Assembly (NCBI GenBank): GCA_041600715.1
Contig: JBFIJM010000001.1
Location: 256,387-320,386 of the forward strand
Direction: 5' to 3'
DNA: 64,000 bases
From: Candidatus Saccharimonadales bacterium
GTDB taxonomy: Bacteria; Patescibacteriota; Saccharimonadia; Saccharimonadales; 2-12-FULL-41-12
The notes under the pieces are model-generated. The model ran no database searches and had not been told where the DNA came from. It saw only the letters and a list, made by a program, of their open reading frames with translations. The translations under genes were made by a program, and so were the position numbers. Shown here piece by piece: positions 52,793-62,325 of this stretch; positions within the stretch are counted from its first letter, which is position 1, and every line of letters begins with the position of its first letter.

Positions 52793-53761
52793 TTACTGAG
52801 TTTTAGGTATTGAGTTGGCGTCAATTGCCTCGACTAACTCCGCTTCTGTTGTCGCAAGATTATTACGTTCCTCTACGATCTTATTAAACTCTTCAACTTT
52901 TGATTGAGTGCGGTTAATTAAAGCATTATGAGCGTTAACCAAAGCATTAAATTCGGGCACGTTGGCGTTGTATTCTTCAATTCTATTGGCAGATAGAAGT
53001 GCATCTAGTTGTCGCTTTTGCACATCGATATCTCTTTCTGAGGCTTGGAGTTGAGATTGATTTGACTCAATTGTTGCTTTTAAAACTTCTAGTCGGGCAT
53101 CGAGTGTTTTTACCTGGTTTTCGAGGTTAATAAAGGTCTGTTCGTACTTCTCAGAGTATGCGACAATTGCCTGTCGTTGATCAAAGTATCTTGCATAATA
53201 TTGCTCTAGTTCTGGTGTAAGTTCTCTGACTTCACTTGCTAGGATCGAATGCAGTTCATTTGGGACAATAGATGGATCCTTCTTTTTGTAGTTATCAACG
53301 GTCTTTTTTATACGGTCGTTATCAAGTGTTGCGAAGAATTCGGTGGTCATTCGGTCTACTTCAGCTCTCTCCTTACTACTGAGCCGATCATAGAATGCAT
53401 GTAGGACTTCATGGGCAGCGGTTACTTGTAATATACCTTCTAACCTCGGATCTCCAACTTTAAGTAGGTATATTCCATCATTTGAAACATAACATCCAAG
53501 CACTATAGTCTGCTCAGACTGGGTACAAGATATCCGAAATTGCTGCTTGTCTAGAATTTCGGGGTGATTAATATAAAATACTTTTCGGGTCTGAGCATTC
53601 ATAGTTGTTTGATCAGCTAAAGTAACGAGTTGCTGTGAAGGCGTGTAATTACGCAGAGCTATCCAATCAAGAATGTCTCTAGCATTAGCCACTGCGTATA
53701 TAGATCCACCAAGCACTGCTAAGCTCAGGACGACACTCGTGATTCGAGAGTAGTTTTTCAT
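52793..53761 (-). CDS. Membrane-anchored hypothetical protein with an HExxH motif and a coiled-coil C-terminus
   Basis: 322-aa ORF with an N-terminal TM segment (ITSVVLSLAVLGGSIYAV), AAHEVLHAF (HExxH), and a long heptad-like Q/E/L/N-rich C-terminal third. Confidence 0.65.
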   Translation of the reverse strand: MKNYSRITSVVLSLAVLGGSIYAVANARDILDWIALRNYTPSQQLVTLADQTTMNAQTRKVFYINHPEILDKQQFRISCTQSEQTIVLGCYVSNDGIYLLKVGDPRLEGILQVTAAHEVLHAFYDRLSSKERAEVDRMTTEFFATLDNDRIKKTVDNYKKKDPSIVPNELHSILASEVRELTPELEQYYARYFDQRQAIVAYSEKYEQTFINLENQVKTLDARLEVLKATIESNQSQLQASERDIDVQKRQLDALLSANRIEEYNANVPEFNALVNAHNALINRTQSKVEEFNKIVEERNNLATTEAELVEAIDANSIPKTQ

Positions 53762-53804
53762 TGCTACTTAGTATATACGATCAAGTCGTGTGACTAAAGT
53801 TTAG

Positions 53805-56273
53805 TTATTCCTTGGTAACACTATAGCTAAGCTTGCCTGCCTTGGCTTTAACAGTCACTAGATCACCTGTTACATAACGCCCGTCCAACAATCCGTTCGA
53901 GATTTCATCTTCAAGAGTCTCTTGAAGAAGCCTACGAAGTGGTCTGACTCCGTTCTTAGAGTCATACCCTGAAATAGCCAAGTATTTTTTCGCTGAAGGC
54001 ATCACCTTTAAGCCCAGACCTTGATGTACTAGACGATTTTCGAGCTCTCCAAGCTGTAAATCTAGTATCTTAGAAATTTCATCTTTATTTAGTGCTCTAA
54101 AGACGATTGTATTGTCAATGCGGTTAAGAAGCTCGGGTCGCATTATCTTTTCGAGCGAGTCCTTAACATTTTGCTTATTTCTTTCATGCAGATTATCGAG
54201 ATCTTTTTGTTCTTTTTTAGAGTTTATATCAAAACCCAGTTGTGCTTCTTTCTGCAACTTTTCTGCTCCAATATTGCTCGTCATGATAACAATAGTGTTG
54301 GTAAAATCAATGATTCGACCTTTTCCGTCTGTTAGCCGGCCATCTTCTAAGATCTGAAGCATCATGTTAAATACATCTGGATGGGCTTTTTCTATTTCAT
54401 CAAACAACACTACGCTATATGGCTGGCGACGAATTTTATCTGTGAGTTGACCGCCGTCGTCATATCCTACATACCCTGCAGATGCGCCCACAAGACGAGA
54501 AACATTGTGATGCTCACCAAACTCACTCATGTCTATCTTGACAAGGTTATCTTCACTACCAAAAAACTCACGAGCTAATACTTTTGCCAGTTCTGTCTTA
54601 CCTACTCCAGTCGGGCCTAAGAATATAAAAGACCCAATAGGGCGACGAATATCAGAAATACCACTACGACTTCTACGTACTGCCTTTGACACTGCACTAA
54701 TTGCTTCGTCTTGACCGATAATGTGTGACGCTAAAGTTTTCTCTAAATTCAATAAATATTTCGCTTCTGACCGGATCACTTTTGTCACCGGCACCCCAGT
54801 GATTCTTGCTACAACTGAAGCCACATCGTCACTAGTAAGTACTAATTTTTTACCATTTTTATACTCACCTTGTAGCTCTGTCACTTCACGGGTCAGCTGA
54901 CTTGCCCTAGTTTTGTAGCGCGCCGCAGCTTCGTAATCTTCAGCTGCAGCAGAATCTTCAATTCTAACCTGCAGTAGCCTAAGCTCTTTTTGCGCTTTAC
55001 GTAATTTTGGCGGGGTCTTTCCTTTATCTACGCGTAGATGCGCACTTGCTTCGTCCATTAAATCTATCGCCTTGTCCGGCATAAACCTATCGTTTATGTA
55101 GCGTTTAGCGAATCTGGCTGTATCTTCAATCACTTCATCACTAATAATTACATTATGGAAGGTTTCATAATGCTTCTTCAAACCCTTTAATATTTGCACT
55201 GTTTCGCTTTCTGTTGCCTCAGGCACTGTTACAGGCTGGAATCTACGCTCAAGGGCTGCATCTTTTTCTATATATTTGGTATATTCGTCAGTGGTTGTAG
55301 CCCCAATCATCTGCATCTTACCTCTAGCTAAGGCTGGTTTTAGCATATTTGCAGCATCTAATGCGCCTTCTGCAGCGCCAGCCCCTACTATAAGGTGTAG
55401 CTCATCAACAAAAATTATAGTTTTGGTGTCATTTTCAAGCTCTGCCATTACCTTCTTAAGACGTTCTTCGAATTCTCCACGGTACTTTGTGCCAGCGATC
55501 ATGGCAGCTAGATCTAGCATGACGATTCTTTTATCTAACAAGCTATCTGGGACATCTTCCGCGACAATTCTAGCAGCGAGACCTTCAACAATAGCGGTCT
55601 TACCCACACCAGGCTCACCTATAAGCACCGGGTTATTCTTGTTTCTACGGCTTAAAATTGTGATAACGCGCCGTATTTGAGCTTCTCTACCCACCACAGG
55701 ATCAAGTTTATTGCGCCTTGCCTGTGCTGTTAAATCAGTACCAAAAAAATCAAGCGCCGTCTTTTTTTGCTTTTTACCCTTACGAGTTGGGCTCATTCCG
55801 CCACCGCTTTCTTGCTGTCTTTGCAAAAACTGTTCTAATTCTTGTAGTAGTGTATTAACAGGAATATTGAGATCATGAAGCAACTCTGACGCACGTGCGT
55901 TTTTCTGACTAAGGATACTGTATAAAATATGCTCCGTACCTACAAAGTCTTGACCGAACTCATGAGCTAGCTCATAAGCCATACGAAGAGTAAGTTTTGC
56001 TACCTCGCTCAATCCCTTAGCTTCGTTAACCCTTAGCGGAGTCGACTGCACACTTAATATCGAACGGGCTTTAGACAAAGTCACACCTACGCCATCAAGT
56101 AACTTTGCACCCATGGAAGATTCTTGCGCCAGGACGCCCAGTAGTAAATGTTCGGTGCCAACATATGGATTGCCATTTCCTCTTGCGATTGCATCTGCAT
56201 TACGTAGAGCACCAACCGCATTTTCAGTTAGGTGATTTAAAAAGTCTTGATAATCAGGTGAAGGAGGCATCAT
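53805..56273 (-). CDS. clpC: ATP-dependent Clp protease ATP-binding subunit ClpC
   Basis: It has Clp_N repeats, two AAA+ modules ([16 protein letters not shown]) and a UVR-like linker ([14 protein letters not shown]). The start was moved from the track's TTG at 56297 to the ATG at 56271-56273, which follows an AGGAA Shine-Dalgarno. Confidence 0.93.
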   Translation of the reverse strand: MMPPSPDYQDFLNHLTENAVGALRNADAIARGNGNPYVGTEHLLLGVLAQESSMGAKLLDGVGVTLSKARSILSVQSTPLRVNEAKGLSEVAKLTLRMAYELAHEFGQDFVGTEHILYSILSQKNARASELLHDLNIPVNTLLQELEQFLQRQQESGGGMSPTRKGKKQKKTALDFFGTDLTAQARRNKLDPVVGREAQIRRVITILSRRNKNNPVLIGEPGVGKTAIVEGLAARIVAEDVPDSLLDKRIVMLDLAAMIAGTKYRGEFEERLKKVMAELENDTKTIIFVDELHLIVGAGAAEGALDAANMLKPALARGKMQMIGATTTDEYTKYIEKDAALERRFQPVTVPEATESETVQILKGLKKHYETFHNVIISDEVIEDTARFAKRYINDRFMPDKAIDLMDEASAHLRVDKGKTPPKLRKAQKELRLLQVRIEDSAAAEDYEAAARYKTRASQLTREVTELQGEYKNGKKLVLTSDDVASVVARITGVPVTKVIRSEAKYLLNLEKTLASHIIGQDEAISAVSKAVRRSRSGISDIRRPIGSFIFLGPTGVGKTELAKVLAREFFGSEDNLVKIDMSEFGEHHNVSRLVGASAGYVGYDDGGQLTDKIRRQPYSVVLFDEIEKAHPDVFNMMLQILEDGRLTDGKGRIIDFTNTIVIMTSNIGAEKLQKEAQLGFDINSKKEQKDLDNLHERNKQNVKDSLEKIMRPELLNRIDNTIVFRALNKDEISKILDLQLGELENRLVHQGLGLKVMPSAKKYLAISGYDSKNGVRPLRRLLQETLEDEISNGLLDGRYVTGDLVTVKAKAGKLSYSVTKE

Positions 56274-56326
56274 AACATTCCTACTTTCTGGCAACAATTA
56301 TTTTGTCACTATATCTATAATACCAA

Positions 56327-56353
56327 CTAGCACTCTATAGTCAAGAGTGCTAA
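56327..56353. promoter_or_regulatory. CIRCE-like operator upstream of clpC
   Basis: The minus strand reads TTAGCACTC-TTGACTATA-GAGTGCTAG, with a 9-nt spacer and one mismatch to the consensus. The arms extend to 56321-56359, and the spacer contains TTGACT, a candidate -35. Confidence 0.7.
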
Positions 56354-56373
56354 TTGGTATTATTAAGTACTTT

Positions 56374-56727
56374 TTATACTTCAGATCTACAGGGCAATAA
56401 AGTACGTTCTGTTGCTGTAACAAACACTATTTCACCACAGATTTCAGGACCTGTTTCATCAATGAAGACTTTTTGGCCATTTGGTAGCATCTTAATGCCA
56501 GAATTCCGACCCCATGCATGGCTTTCTGGGTAAACTTCTTGAATGGACTTACCCCCATATTCAGCTTCAAAATCATCACCATCATATATTTCGAGAGTTC
56601 TATGTGTTTCTGGATCAGCCAAAGCTCGCTTTATGCATCTTTCCCAGCAATCCTGAGGAATATAAGGTTCCCAAACTACTCCGTCCGATGTTGCTTTCGA
56701 TGTATTAAGTGGACAATGTTCTGTCAT
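56374..56727 (-). CDS. Hypothetical protein (117 aa)
   Basis: The ATG lies 2 nt after the stop of the upstream micro-lipoprotein ORF. I recognise no family. Confidence 0.6.
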   Translation of the reverse strand: MTEHCPLNTSKATSDGVVWEPYIPQDCWERCIKRALADPETHRTLEIYDGDDFEAEYGGKSIQEVYPESHAWGRNSGIKMLPNGQKVFIDETGPEICGEIVFVTATERTLLPCRSEV

Positions 56728-56729
56728 AT

Positions 56730-56903
56730 CTAGCGAACGTCCTTAATTTCTGGACCCTCTAGAAGAGGTTGGCTCTTCTCGATTACCTGATCGTTTATTC
56801 CTTGCCCAGCATCTACCATTTCCTGTAAGCATCCACTCAATGCTACGCTTGCAAGTACTACGCCAACACCCGTAACTATTCGTTTATGTTCGGCAAACTC
56901 CAC
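56730..56903 (-). CDS. Putative micro-lipoprotein (57 aa)
   Basis: Not in the ORF track. Own translation from the GTG at 56901-56903, which overlaps the nusA TAG by 1 nt, gives (M)EFAEHKRIVTGVGVVLASVALSGC-LQEMVDAGQGINDQVIEKSQPLLEGPEIKDVR. The lipobox is LSGC. Confidence 0.45.
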   Translation of the reverse strand: MEFAEHKRIVTGVGVVLASVALSGCLQEMVDAGQGINDQVIEKSQPLLEGPEIKDVR

Positions 56904-58114
56904 TATTTTTCCTCAACACTCGATTCGTCGCCATGCTCTTCAATCGCCTCAAGTAGACTACTTTCAAGCTGTTCTTTCTTCTTGAGTCTTTGGCCTCCTA
57001 GTGGTTTTGATGTAGTAACCGTTGGCGGAGTTTCTGGTGCCTCTGCTACTTGTTCGGTTGTTGTATCATCGCCATTTCCATCAGAAACAATGTCTATCTC
57101 AAATCCAGTTAATTTACTAGCTAGTCTCACATTTTGACCACTTTTACCGATAGCAATACTCAGCTGATCTTCGGGAACATTAACAATTGCTTTTCCAGCC
57201 TTTTCATCAAGCTTCACTGAAGTAACTTTGGTGGGGCTTAAAGCATTTTTCAAGAAAGTTACTGGATTATCATCCCATACAACAATATCGATTTTTTCCT
57301 GTTCACCAATTTCACTCATTACTGCATTAACACGCGTACCATGCCCGCCAACAAATGTCCCGACTGGATCTACGCCTGGCACTGAGGATGTTACTGCTAT
57401 TTTACTTCGTACTCCTGCCTCTCTGGCAATCTCTTTAATTGCTACCGAGTTATTTTCCATTTCAGGAACTTCACCACGGAAAAGCCATTCTAAAAACTCT
57501 TTTGAGCCACGTGATACCACTAGTTGAGGTCCTCTAAAACCGCGCTCTACGTCCTTTAAATAAACCTTGAGGCGTTGTCCAGGGTGATATCTCTCGCCCT
57601 GTATTTGTTCACTGCCAGGCATGATTGCCTGAGCCTTACCAAGATCAAGACGAACCATGCGACCCTCTACGCGGGCAACTACCGCATTAACTACAGTTCC
57701 AATTTTATCCTGATACTCGTTCATGATGATTTCACGTTCTGCTTCTCTTAAACGTTGCAGAATCACCTGCTTGGCTGTTTGTGCAGCAACACGACCAAAG
57801 CTATCTGCTTTTTGATGAAATTCTATTATGTCACCAATTACTGCATTTTTTTTCATAGCCTGGGCTTCTGAAAGACTAAGTTCGAACCGTTCATCACCAA
57901 CTTTTTCGACCACTTCTTTGCCCACATAAACGTCAAGGTCGCCTGTTTGTAGATTCATGTCCACACGAACTTCTTGTTCACGGTCACCAAAATCTTTCCG
58001 ATACGCGGCCGCCAAAGCTTGCTCTACAACTTCTTTTACAGAATCCTCGGGCAGGTTTTTTTCTTCTGCTATAGCTCTTATAACTACTGCTAATTGTTTT
58101 ACATCTAAATCCAT
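56903..58114 (-). CDS. nusA: Transcription termination/antitermination factor NusA
   Basis: 403-aa ORF with an N-terminal domain, S1 and two KH domains (VVSRGSKEFLEWLF, GKSGQNVRLASKLTG), and an acidic C-terminal tail. Confidence 0.96.
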   Translation of the reverse strand: MDLDVKQLAVVIRAIAEEKNLPEDSVKEVVEQALAAAYRKDFGDREQEVRVDMNLQTGDLDVYVGKEVVEKVGDERFELSLSEAQAMKKNAVIGDIIEFHQKADSFGRVAAQTAKQVILQRLREAEREIIMNEYQDKIGTVVNAVVARVEGRMVRLDLGKAQAIMPGSEQIQGERYHPGQRLKVYLKDVERGFRGPQLVVSRGSKEFLEWLFRGEVPEMENNSVAIKEIAREAGVRSKIAVTSSVPGVDPVGTFVGGHGTRVNAVMSEIGEQEKIDIVVWDDNPVTFLKNALSPTKVTSVKLDEKAGKAIVNVPEDQLSIAIGKSGQNVRLASKLTGFEIDIVSDGNGDDTTTEQVAEAPETPPTVTTSKPLGGQRLKKKEQLESSLLEAIEEHGDESSVEEK

Positions 58115-58176
58115 GTGCTCCTCCAGTTTTCTCTTTACAATATTTAATTTTCAAACAAGTGGATTGTCTATGTATG

Positions 58177-58200
58177 AAAAAAGTCGACCTACTGGCCGAC
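58177..58200 (-). terminator. Intrinsic terminator inside the nusA leader (candidate attenuator)
   Basis: The minus strand reads GTCGGCC-AGTA-GGTCGAC followed by TTTTTT, 63 nt upstream of the nusA ATG and downstream of the promoter at 58252-58281. Confidence 0.55.
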
Positions 58201-58251
58201 CTGAACAACTATTAGTATAGTGCAATTATACTTTATTGTCTAGCTTATCTT

Positions 58252-58281
58252 ATTATATCACACGACAAGGCTATTTGTCAA
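58252..58281 (-). promoter_or_regulatory. Near-consensus promoter of nusA
   Basis: The minus strand reads TTGACA (58276-58281), an 18-nt spacer, then TATAAT (58252-58257). Confidence 0.6.
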
Positions 58282-58306
58282 GTTTTGATCTGATGCGGTA
58301 GACTAG

Positions 58307-60883
58307 ATGGATATGACAAAAGCAGTAACAAGACTTTTCAATCAATTTGTTCCAGAAAATTACGACCTGAAAATTATTCCAGACGTGACAAGTATGCATT
58401 TCTCCGGCTCGGTGACAATTAAAGGTAAGAAAACTGGGCGTCCGAGCAAACGAATAACACTTCATCAAAATGGTCTTAATATATCTAAAGCAAAGATCAT
58501 TAAACACGATAAATCAGGTGCAAGTGAGATTAACATTTCGAGAATTAACACACACAAAACCTTTGACGAAGTGCGTTTACATTCAGAAGAAATCATGTAT
58601 CCAGGGTTGTACACAATAACACTAGATTTTGATGCCAAGATTACTAAGCCTATGAACGGCTTATATCCTTGTTACTTCAAAAAGGATGGAAGCGAAAAGA
58701 TCATACTGGCGACCCAATTTGAAAGCCATCATGCAAGAGAAGTTTTTCCGTGTATAGATGAGCCTGAAGCCAAAGCCACCTTCAATCTAACCCTAACTAC
58801 GCCGAAGGAAAACATAACCCTAGCAAACACTCCCGTACTATCAGAAGAAGTTAATGGTAATGTTAAAACCACTGTCTTTGAATCAAGCCCAATAATGAGC
58901 AGTTATCTCTTAGCATTCGTGAGTGGAGATCTGCACTGCGTTGAAGCCAAAACAAAACACGGCATCTCTATGCGTACTTGGGGCTCAACTGCACAACCAC
59001 TTGAGTTTATGGAGTACGCTAATAAAGAAGCCATTGACTTACTTGAATTCTATGAAGATTATTTTGGAACCCCATTCCCGCTCAAAAAGTGCGATCAAGT
59101 AGCCCTGCCCGACTTCGAATCAGGAGCCATGGAAAACTGGGGATTAGTAACTTACCGTGAGGTCGCTTTGTTAACTGATCCAAAAAACCGCTCACTCAGC
59201 AGTGAACAGTATGTATCGATGGTGGTAGCACACGAACTGTCACATCAATGGTTTGGTAACCTTGTAACTATGAAGTGGTGGGATGATCTATGGCTTAACG
59301 AAAGCTTTGCCAGTATGATGGAGCATCTAGCCCTCAATATTCTGCATCCTGAGTGGAAACAGTGGGAACAATATGTATCTAGTGACATCATTGCTTGCTC
59401 GAATCGAGATATATACACAAGCGTCCAGCCAGTGAAAGTTCCTGTACGACACCCTGACGAAATTCATAGCTTATTTGATCCTGCGATTGTATATGCCAAG
59501 GGCGGTCGTCTGCTTAAGATGATGCTCGACTACATCGGGGAAGAGGCTTTTCGTACTGGTCTAAAGAACTATTTTGCTAAACACGCTTACAAAAACACTA
59601 TACGCGATGACCTATGGACAGAAATGAGTGCTTCAAGCGGGAAAGACGTTAATGCACTTATGGACCCTTGGTTAGAACAATCAGGTATGCCTGTGATTAA
59701 AGTGACTCCTAAATCTACTAATACACGTGTGCTAGAACAATCCCGGTTTGCACTTGATAGTGATAGCGATAGCTCATTATGGCCAGTGCCACTATTGGCA
59801 AGTAAGCCCTTTTCTACTGATTTGCTTATTGGCAAGTCAACCGAGGTCACCTTTTCAGACAAACTCCCCATCATAAACTCACACGGAAGCGGTCATTACG
59901 TAACTCATTACACTTCTGATGATGATCTAACACTTATTATCAAAGATATAACATCCGGTAACCTAGGCTCTGAGGCACGAATAAATATACTCAACGATAT
60001 GATGCTGTTAGCACGTAGAGGCGACGACAGCTTGGTAGACGCACTCAAACTAATTCGTCACTTGAAGAACGAGCCCAGAGAGCCTGTTTGGATGATGATG
60101 GCAAGAGCCATAGGTCTAGCGGGGAATATAGGTGAAGGCGACGAAGAAATAGAAACTGGCCTAAAAAAACTTCGATACGAGATTGCTCATGAACAATATA
60201 GCAAACTCGGATGGGAAGATAACGAAGACGATGATCCCAACACAAAACTTCTCCGCGCAACAATCATAGGAATAATGTTAGGTGCAGAAAATAAAGCTGT
60301 TATAGATCATGCAGTTAATATTTTTAGAACAACTAAAGATATTGAAGACATTCCATCTGATCGTCGCGGGGCTGTTCTTGGCTCCGTTGTCCGTCATGGG
60401 AATAAACCTGATGAGATAAACACCCTACTTGAACTTTATAAAGAAACATCGAATGCCGACCTTCAAAGCAGTGTAAGTAGCGCGTTAACTTATACCAAAG
60501 ATGCTGATGTAGCCCAAAGACTAATTGATGAGGGCCTTGGCGAGAATGGATTCATAAGGTCTCAGGATTCATTCCGCTGGTTTGCTTATCTTATGCGGAA
60601 TAAATACACACGTGATCAAGCTTGGGGTTGGTTAACAAACAATTGGGATTATGTTTCAGAAAAAATAGGTAAAAAATCTCTAGATCATTGGGTGGTTTAT
60701 TCTGCGGGGCCTCTACAAACAAATGAGTGGGAGGCTAAGTTTCATGAGTTTTATGAGCCTAAAAAAGAAATACTGACTATCACGCGCAACATAGAGATTG
60801 CCTACGCCGAGATATCTGCCCGTGTCGCCTGGCGAAACCGTGAACTACATGTTTTGAAAGATTTTCTTAAATCTCTTCGATAA
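58307..60883 (+). CDS. pepN: M1-family aminopeptidase N
   Basis: 858-aa ORF with GAMENWG and HELSHQWFGNLVTMKWWDDLWLNESFA (HExxH-x18-E). The start could instead be the second ATG at 58313. Confidence 0.94.
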   Translation: MDMTKAVTRLFNQFVPENYDLKIIPDVTSMHFSGSVTIKGKKTGRPSKRITLHQNGLNISKAKIIKHDKSGASEINISRINTHKTFDEVRLHSEEIMYPGLYTITLDFDAKITKPMNGLYPCYFKKDGSEKIILATQFESHHAREVFPCIDEPEAKATFNLTLTTPKENITLANTPVLSEEVNGNVKTTVFESSPIMSSYLLAFVSGDLHCVEAKTKHGISMRTWGSTAQPLEFMEYANKEAIDLLEFYEDYFGTPFPLKKCDQVALPDFESGAMENWGLVTYREVALLTDPKNRSLSSEQYVSMVVAHELSHQWFGNLVTMKWWDDLWLNESFASMMEHLALNILHPEWKQWEQYVSSDIIACSNRDIYTSVQPVKVPVRHPDEIHSLFDPAIVYAKGGRLLKMMLDYIGEEAFRTGLKNYFAKHAYKNTIRDDLWTEMSASSGKDVNALMDPWLEQSGMPVIKVTPKSTNTRVLEQSRFALDSDSDSSLWPVPLLASKPFSTDLLIGKSTEVTFSDKLPIINSHGSGHYVTHYTSDDDLTLIIKDITSGNLGSEARINILNDMMLLARRGDDSLVDALKLIRHLKNEPREPVWMMMARAIGLAGNIGEGDEEIETGLKKLRYEIAHEQYSKLGWEDNEDDDPNTKLLRATIIGIMLGAENKAVIDHAVNIFRTTKDIEDIPSDRRGAVLGSVVRHGNKPDEINTLLELYKETSNADLQSSVSSALTYTKDADVAQRLIDEGLGENGFIRSQDSFRWFAYLMRNKYTRDQAWGWLTNNWDYVSEKIGKKSLDHWVVYSAGPLQTNEWEAKFHEFYEPKKEILTITRNIEIAYAEISARVAWRNRELHVLKDFLKSLR

Positions 60884-61205
60884 ACTCAACTTCGAAGTGC
60901 TCACCCGAAACTTCTGCACCCGATAGAACGTATTCATCTTGCCACCGATTTTGTGTCACCCAATAATCGGCCGAAAATGCCATCTGTCTCTGTTTAGCTG
61001 AGGTTATATAATCGAATCCACTCCCCTGTAACTTATTAGACCGATATTTTACTTCAACAAAATATATGCAATCATTTTTTTCAGCAACTATATCAATCTC
61101 GCACTGGAGTGTTTTCCAGTTCCTGTCCCGTATTTTATAGCCACGTTTAAGGAGATAGTCAGCTACTGCGTCTTCAGCCTTACTACCATCTTCATTGTGT
61201 TTCAT
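60867..61205 (-). CDS. yraN: YraN-family (UPF0102) endonuclease-like protein
   Basis: 112-aa ORF with AEDAVADYLLKRGYKIRDRNWKTLQCEIDIVAEKNDCIYFVEVKYR. It follows rnhB, as in many bacteria. Confidence 0.85.
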   Translation of the reverse strand: MKHNEDGSKAEDAVADYLLKRGYKIRDRNWKTLQCEIDIVAEKNDCIYFVEVKYRSNKLQGSGFDYITSAKQRQMAFSADYWVTQNRWQDEYVLSGAEVSGEHFEVEFIEEI

Positions 61206-61765
61206 TTTATTACCATCAGTGCCTTAACTGGCTTAAAACTCCAACGATGCAGTGGGGTAAGTCCATACTTACGCATTGCATCCAAATGACGAGCCGTGCC
61301 ATATCCAACATGTTTCTCGAATCCATACTCAGGGAACACTTTGGCCTGGTTTTGCATATAAATATCACGAGCAACTTTAGCTACAATACTTGCAGCAGAA
61401 ACAGCTGGTACAGTTCCGTCCGCCTTAATTTCACAGCGAGACCGGCCGTTTGCTACAAAATCTATGTGACCATCTATCACAATGTCTGTATCTGGCGCGC
61501 TATCGAGAGCCCGTTTGCAGGCTAGATTCATAGCTTCAGTCAGGCCTAGGTCGTCTACTTCGATAGCCGTAACCCATCCGACGCCTACGAATGTAGCCAC
61601 TTGGTGTATTATGTTTGAAATATCATTCCGCTTACTAGCTGAAAGTTTTTTAGAATCCGTTAGTTCACTCAGACTTTCGGGCAGGGGTACTGGTAGTTGA
61701 ACCCCAGCCACAACTAGTGGCCCAGCCCATGCTCCCCGACCTACTTCATCTACTCCAATAATCAT
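61202..61765 (-). CDS. rnhB: Ribonuclease HII
   Basis: 187-aa ORF starting MIIGVDEVGRGAWAGPLVVAG, with DSKKLS and ASIVAKVARD motifs. Confidence 0.95.
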   Translation of the reverse strand: MIIGVDEVGRGAWAGPLVVAGVQLPVPLPESLSELTDSKKLSASKRNDISNIIHQVATFVGVGWVTAIEVDDLGLTEAMNLACKRALDSAPDTDIVIDGHIDFVANGRSRCEIKADGTVPAVSAASIVAKVARDIYMQNQAKVFPEYGFEKHVGYGTARHLDAMRKYGLTPLHRWSFKPVKALMVIK

Positions 61766-61840
61766 ATGCGTATTAGTATATTGTAAAGTCAGCTATAAAG
61801 GCATATGATTTGATTATAAATTAACTTGAACGGAGGAGTT

Positions 61841-62254
61841 ATGGAAGTCAGCTTAGATTGGATAGCAATACTAATTGCCACGGCTGTCGCCATGGCGGTC
61901 GGTGCAATATGGTATGGACCACTATTTGGCAACAGATGGCTAAAGCTAGTAGGCTTAAAAAAGAAAGACACTGAGCAAAACTGGCAGAAGCCTATGATGG
62001 CCATGTTAATAATGGCATTAGTCCAGGCTATTGTTCTTACTTACCTTATTACGTTCGCTTCTAGCTTTTATAATCAGCTAGATACCGGCTTAGGTATGTT
62101 AGTAGGTTTTATAGTATGGCTGGGCTTGGTTGTTCCTACCATTGTTGGCAACAATATGTTTGCAAGGCGTAACAATGAACTCAATTACATTGAAGCCGGC
62201 AACTCACTGGTAACGCTTGTTTTGATGGGCGCAGTCATAGGAGCTATGCTTTAG
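61841..62254 (+). CDS. DUF1761-like membrane protein
   Basis: The track ORF was trimmed to the ATG at 61841, which follows a GGAGGAG Shine-Dalgarno. It has 4 TM segments, and from memory the motif AIWYGPLFGNRW is typical of DUF1761. Confidence 0.7.
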   Translation: MEVSLDWIAILIATAVAMAVGAIWYGPLFGNRWLKLVGLKKKDTEQNWQKPMMAMLIMALVQAIVLTYLITFASSFYNQLDTGLGMLVGFIVWLGLVVPTIVGNNMFARRNNELNYIEAGNSLVTLVLMGAVIGAML

Positions 62255-62276
62255 TTTAGGGTAATAAAATTAGAAT

Positions 62277-62308
62277 AAAAAACTCCCGTATCTTGACGGG
62301 AGTTTTTT
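62277..62308. terminator. Bidirectional intrinsic terminator between convergent genes
   Basis: AAAAA-ACTCCCG-TATCTTGA-CGGGAGT-TTTTT. Confidence 0.8.
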
Positions 62309-62325
62309 AAATCGTTAGTACTTCT

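Noticed and set aside
58271-58507. Minus-strand ORFs in the nusA/pepN divergent region (58271-58507 and 57984-58208).
   Set aside because: They overlap pepN or nusA on the opposite strand or out of frame. Their sequences are Cys/Phe/Arg-rich junk with no Shine-Dalgarno.
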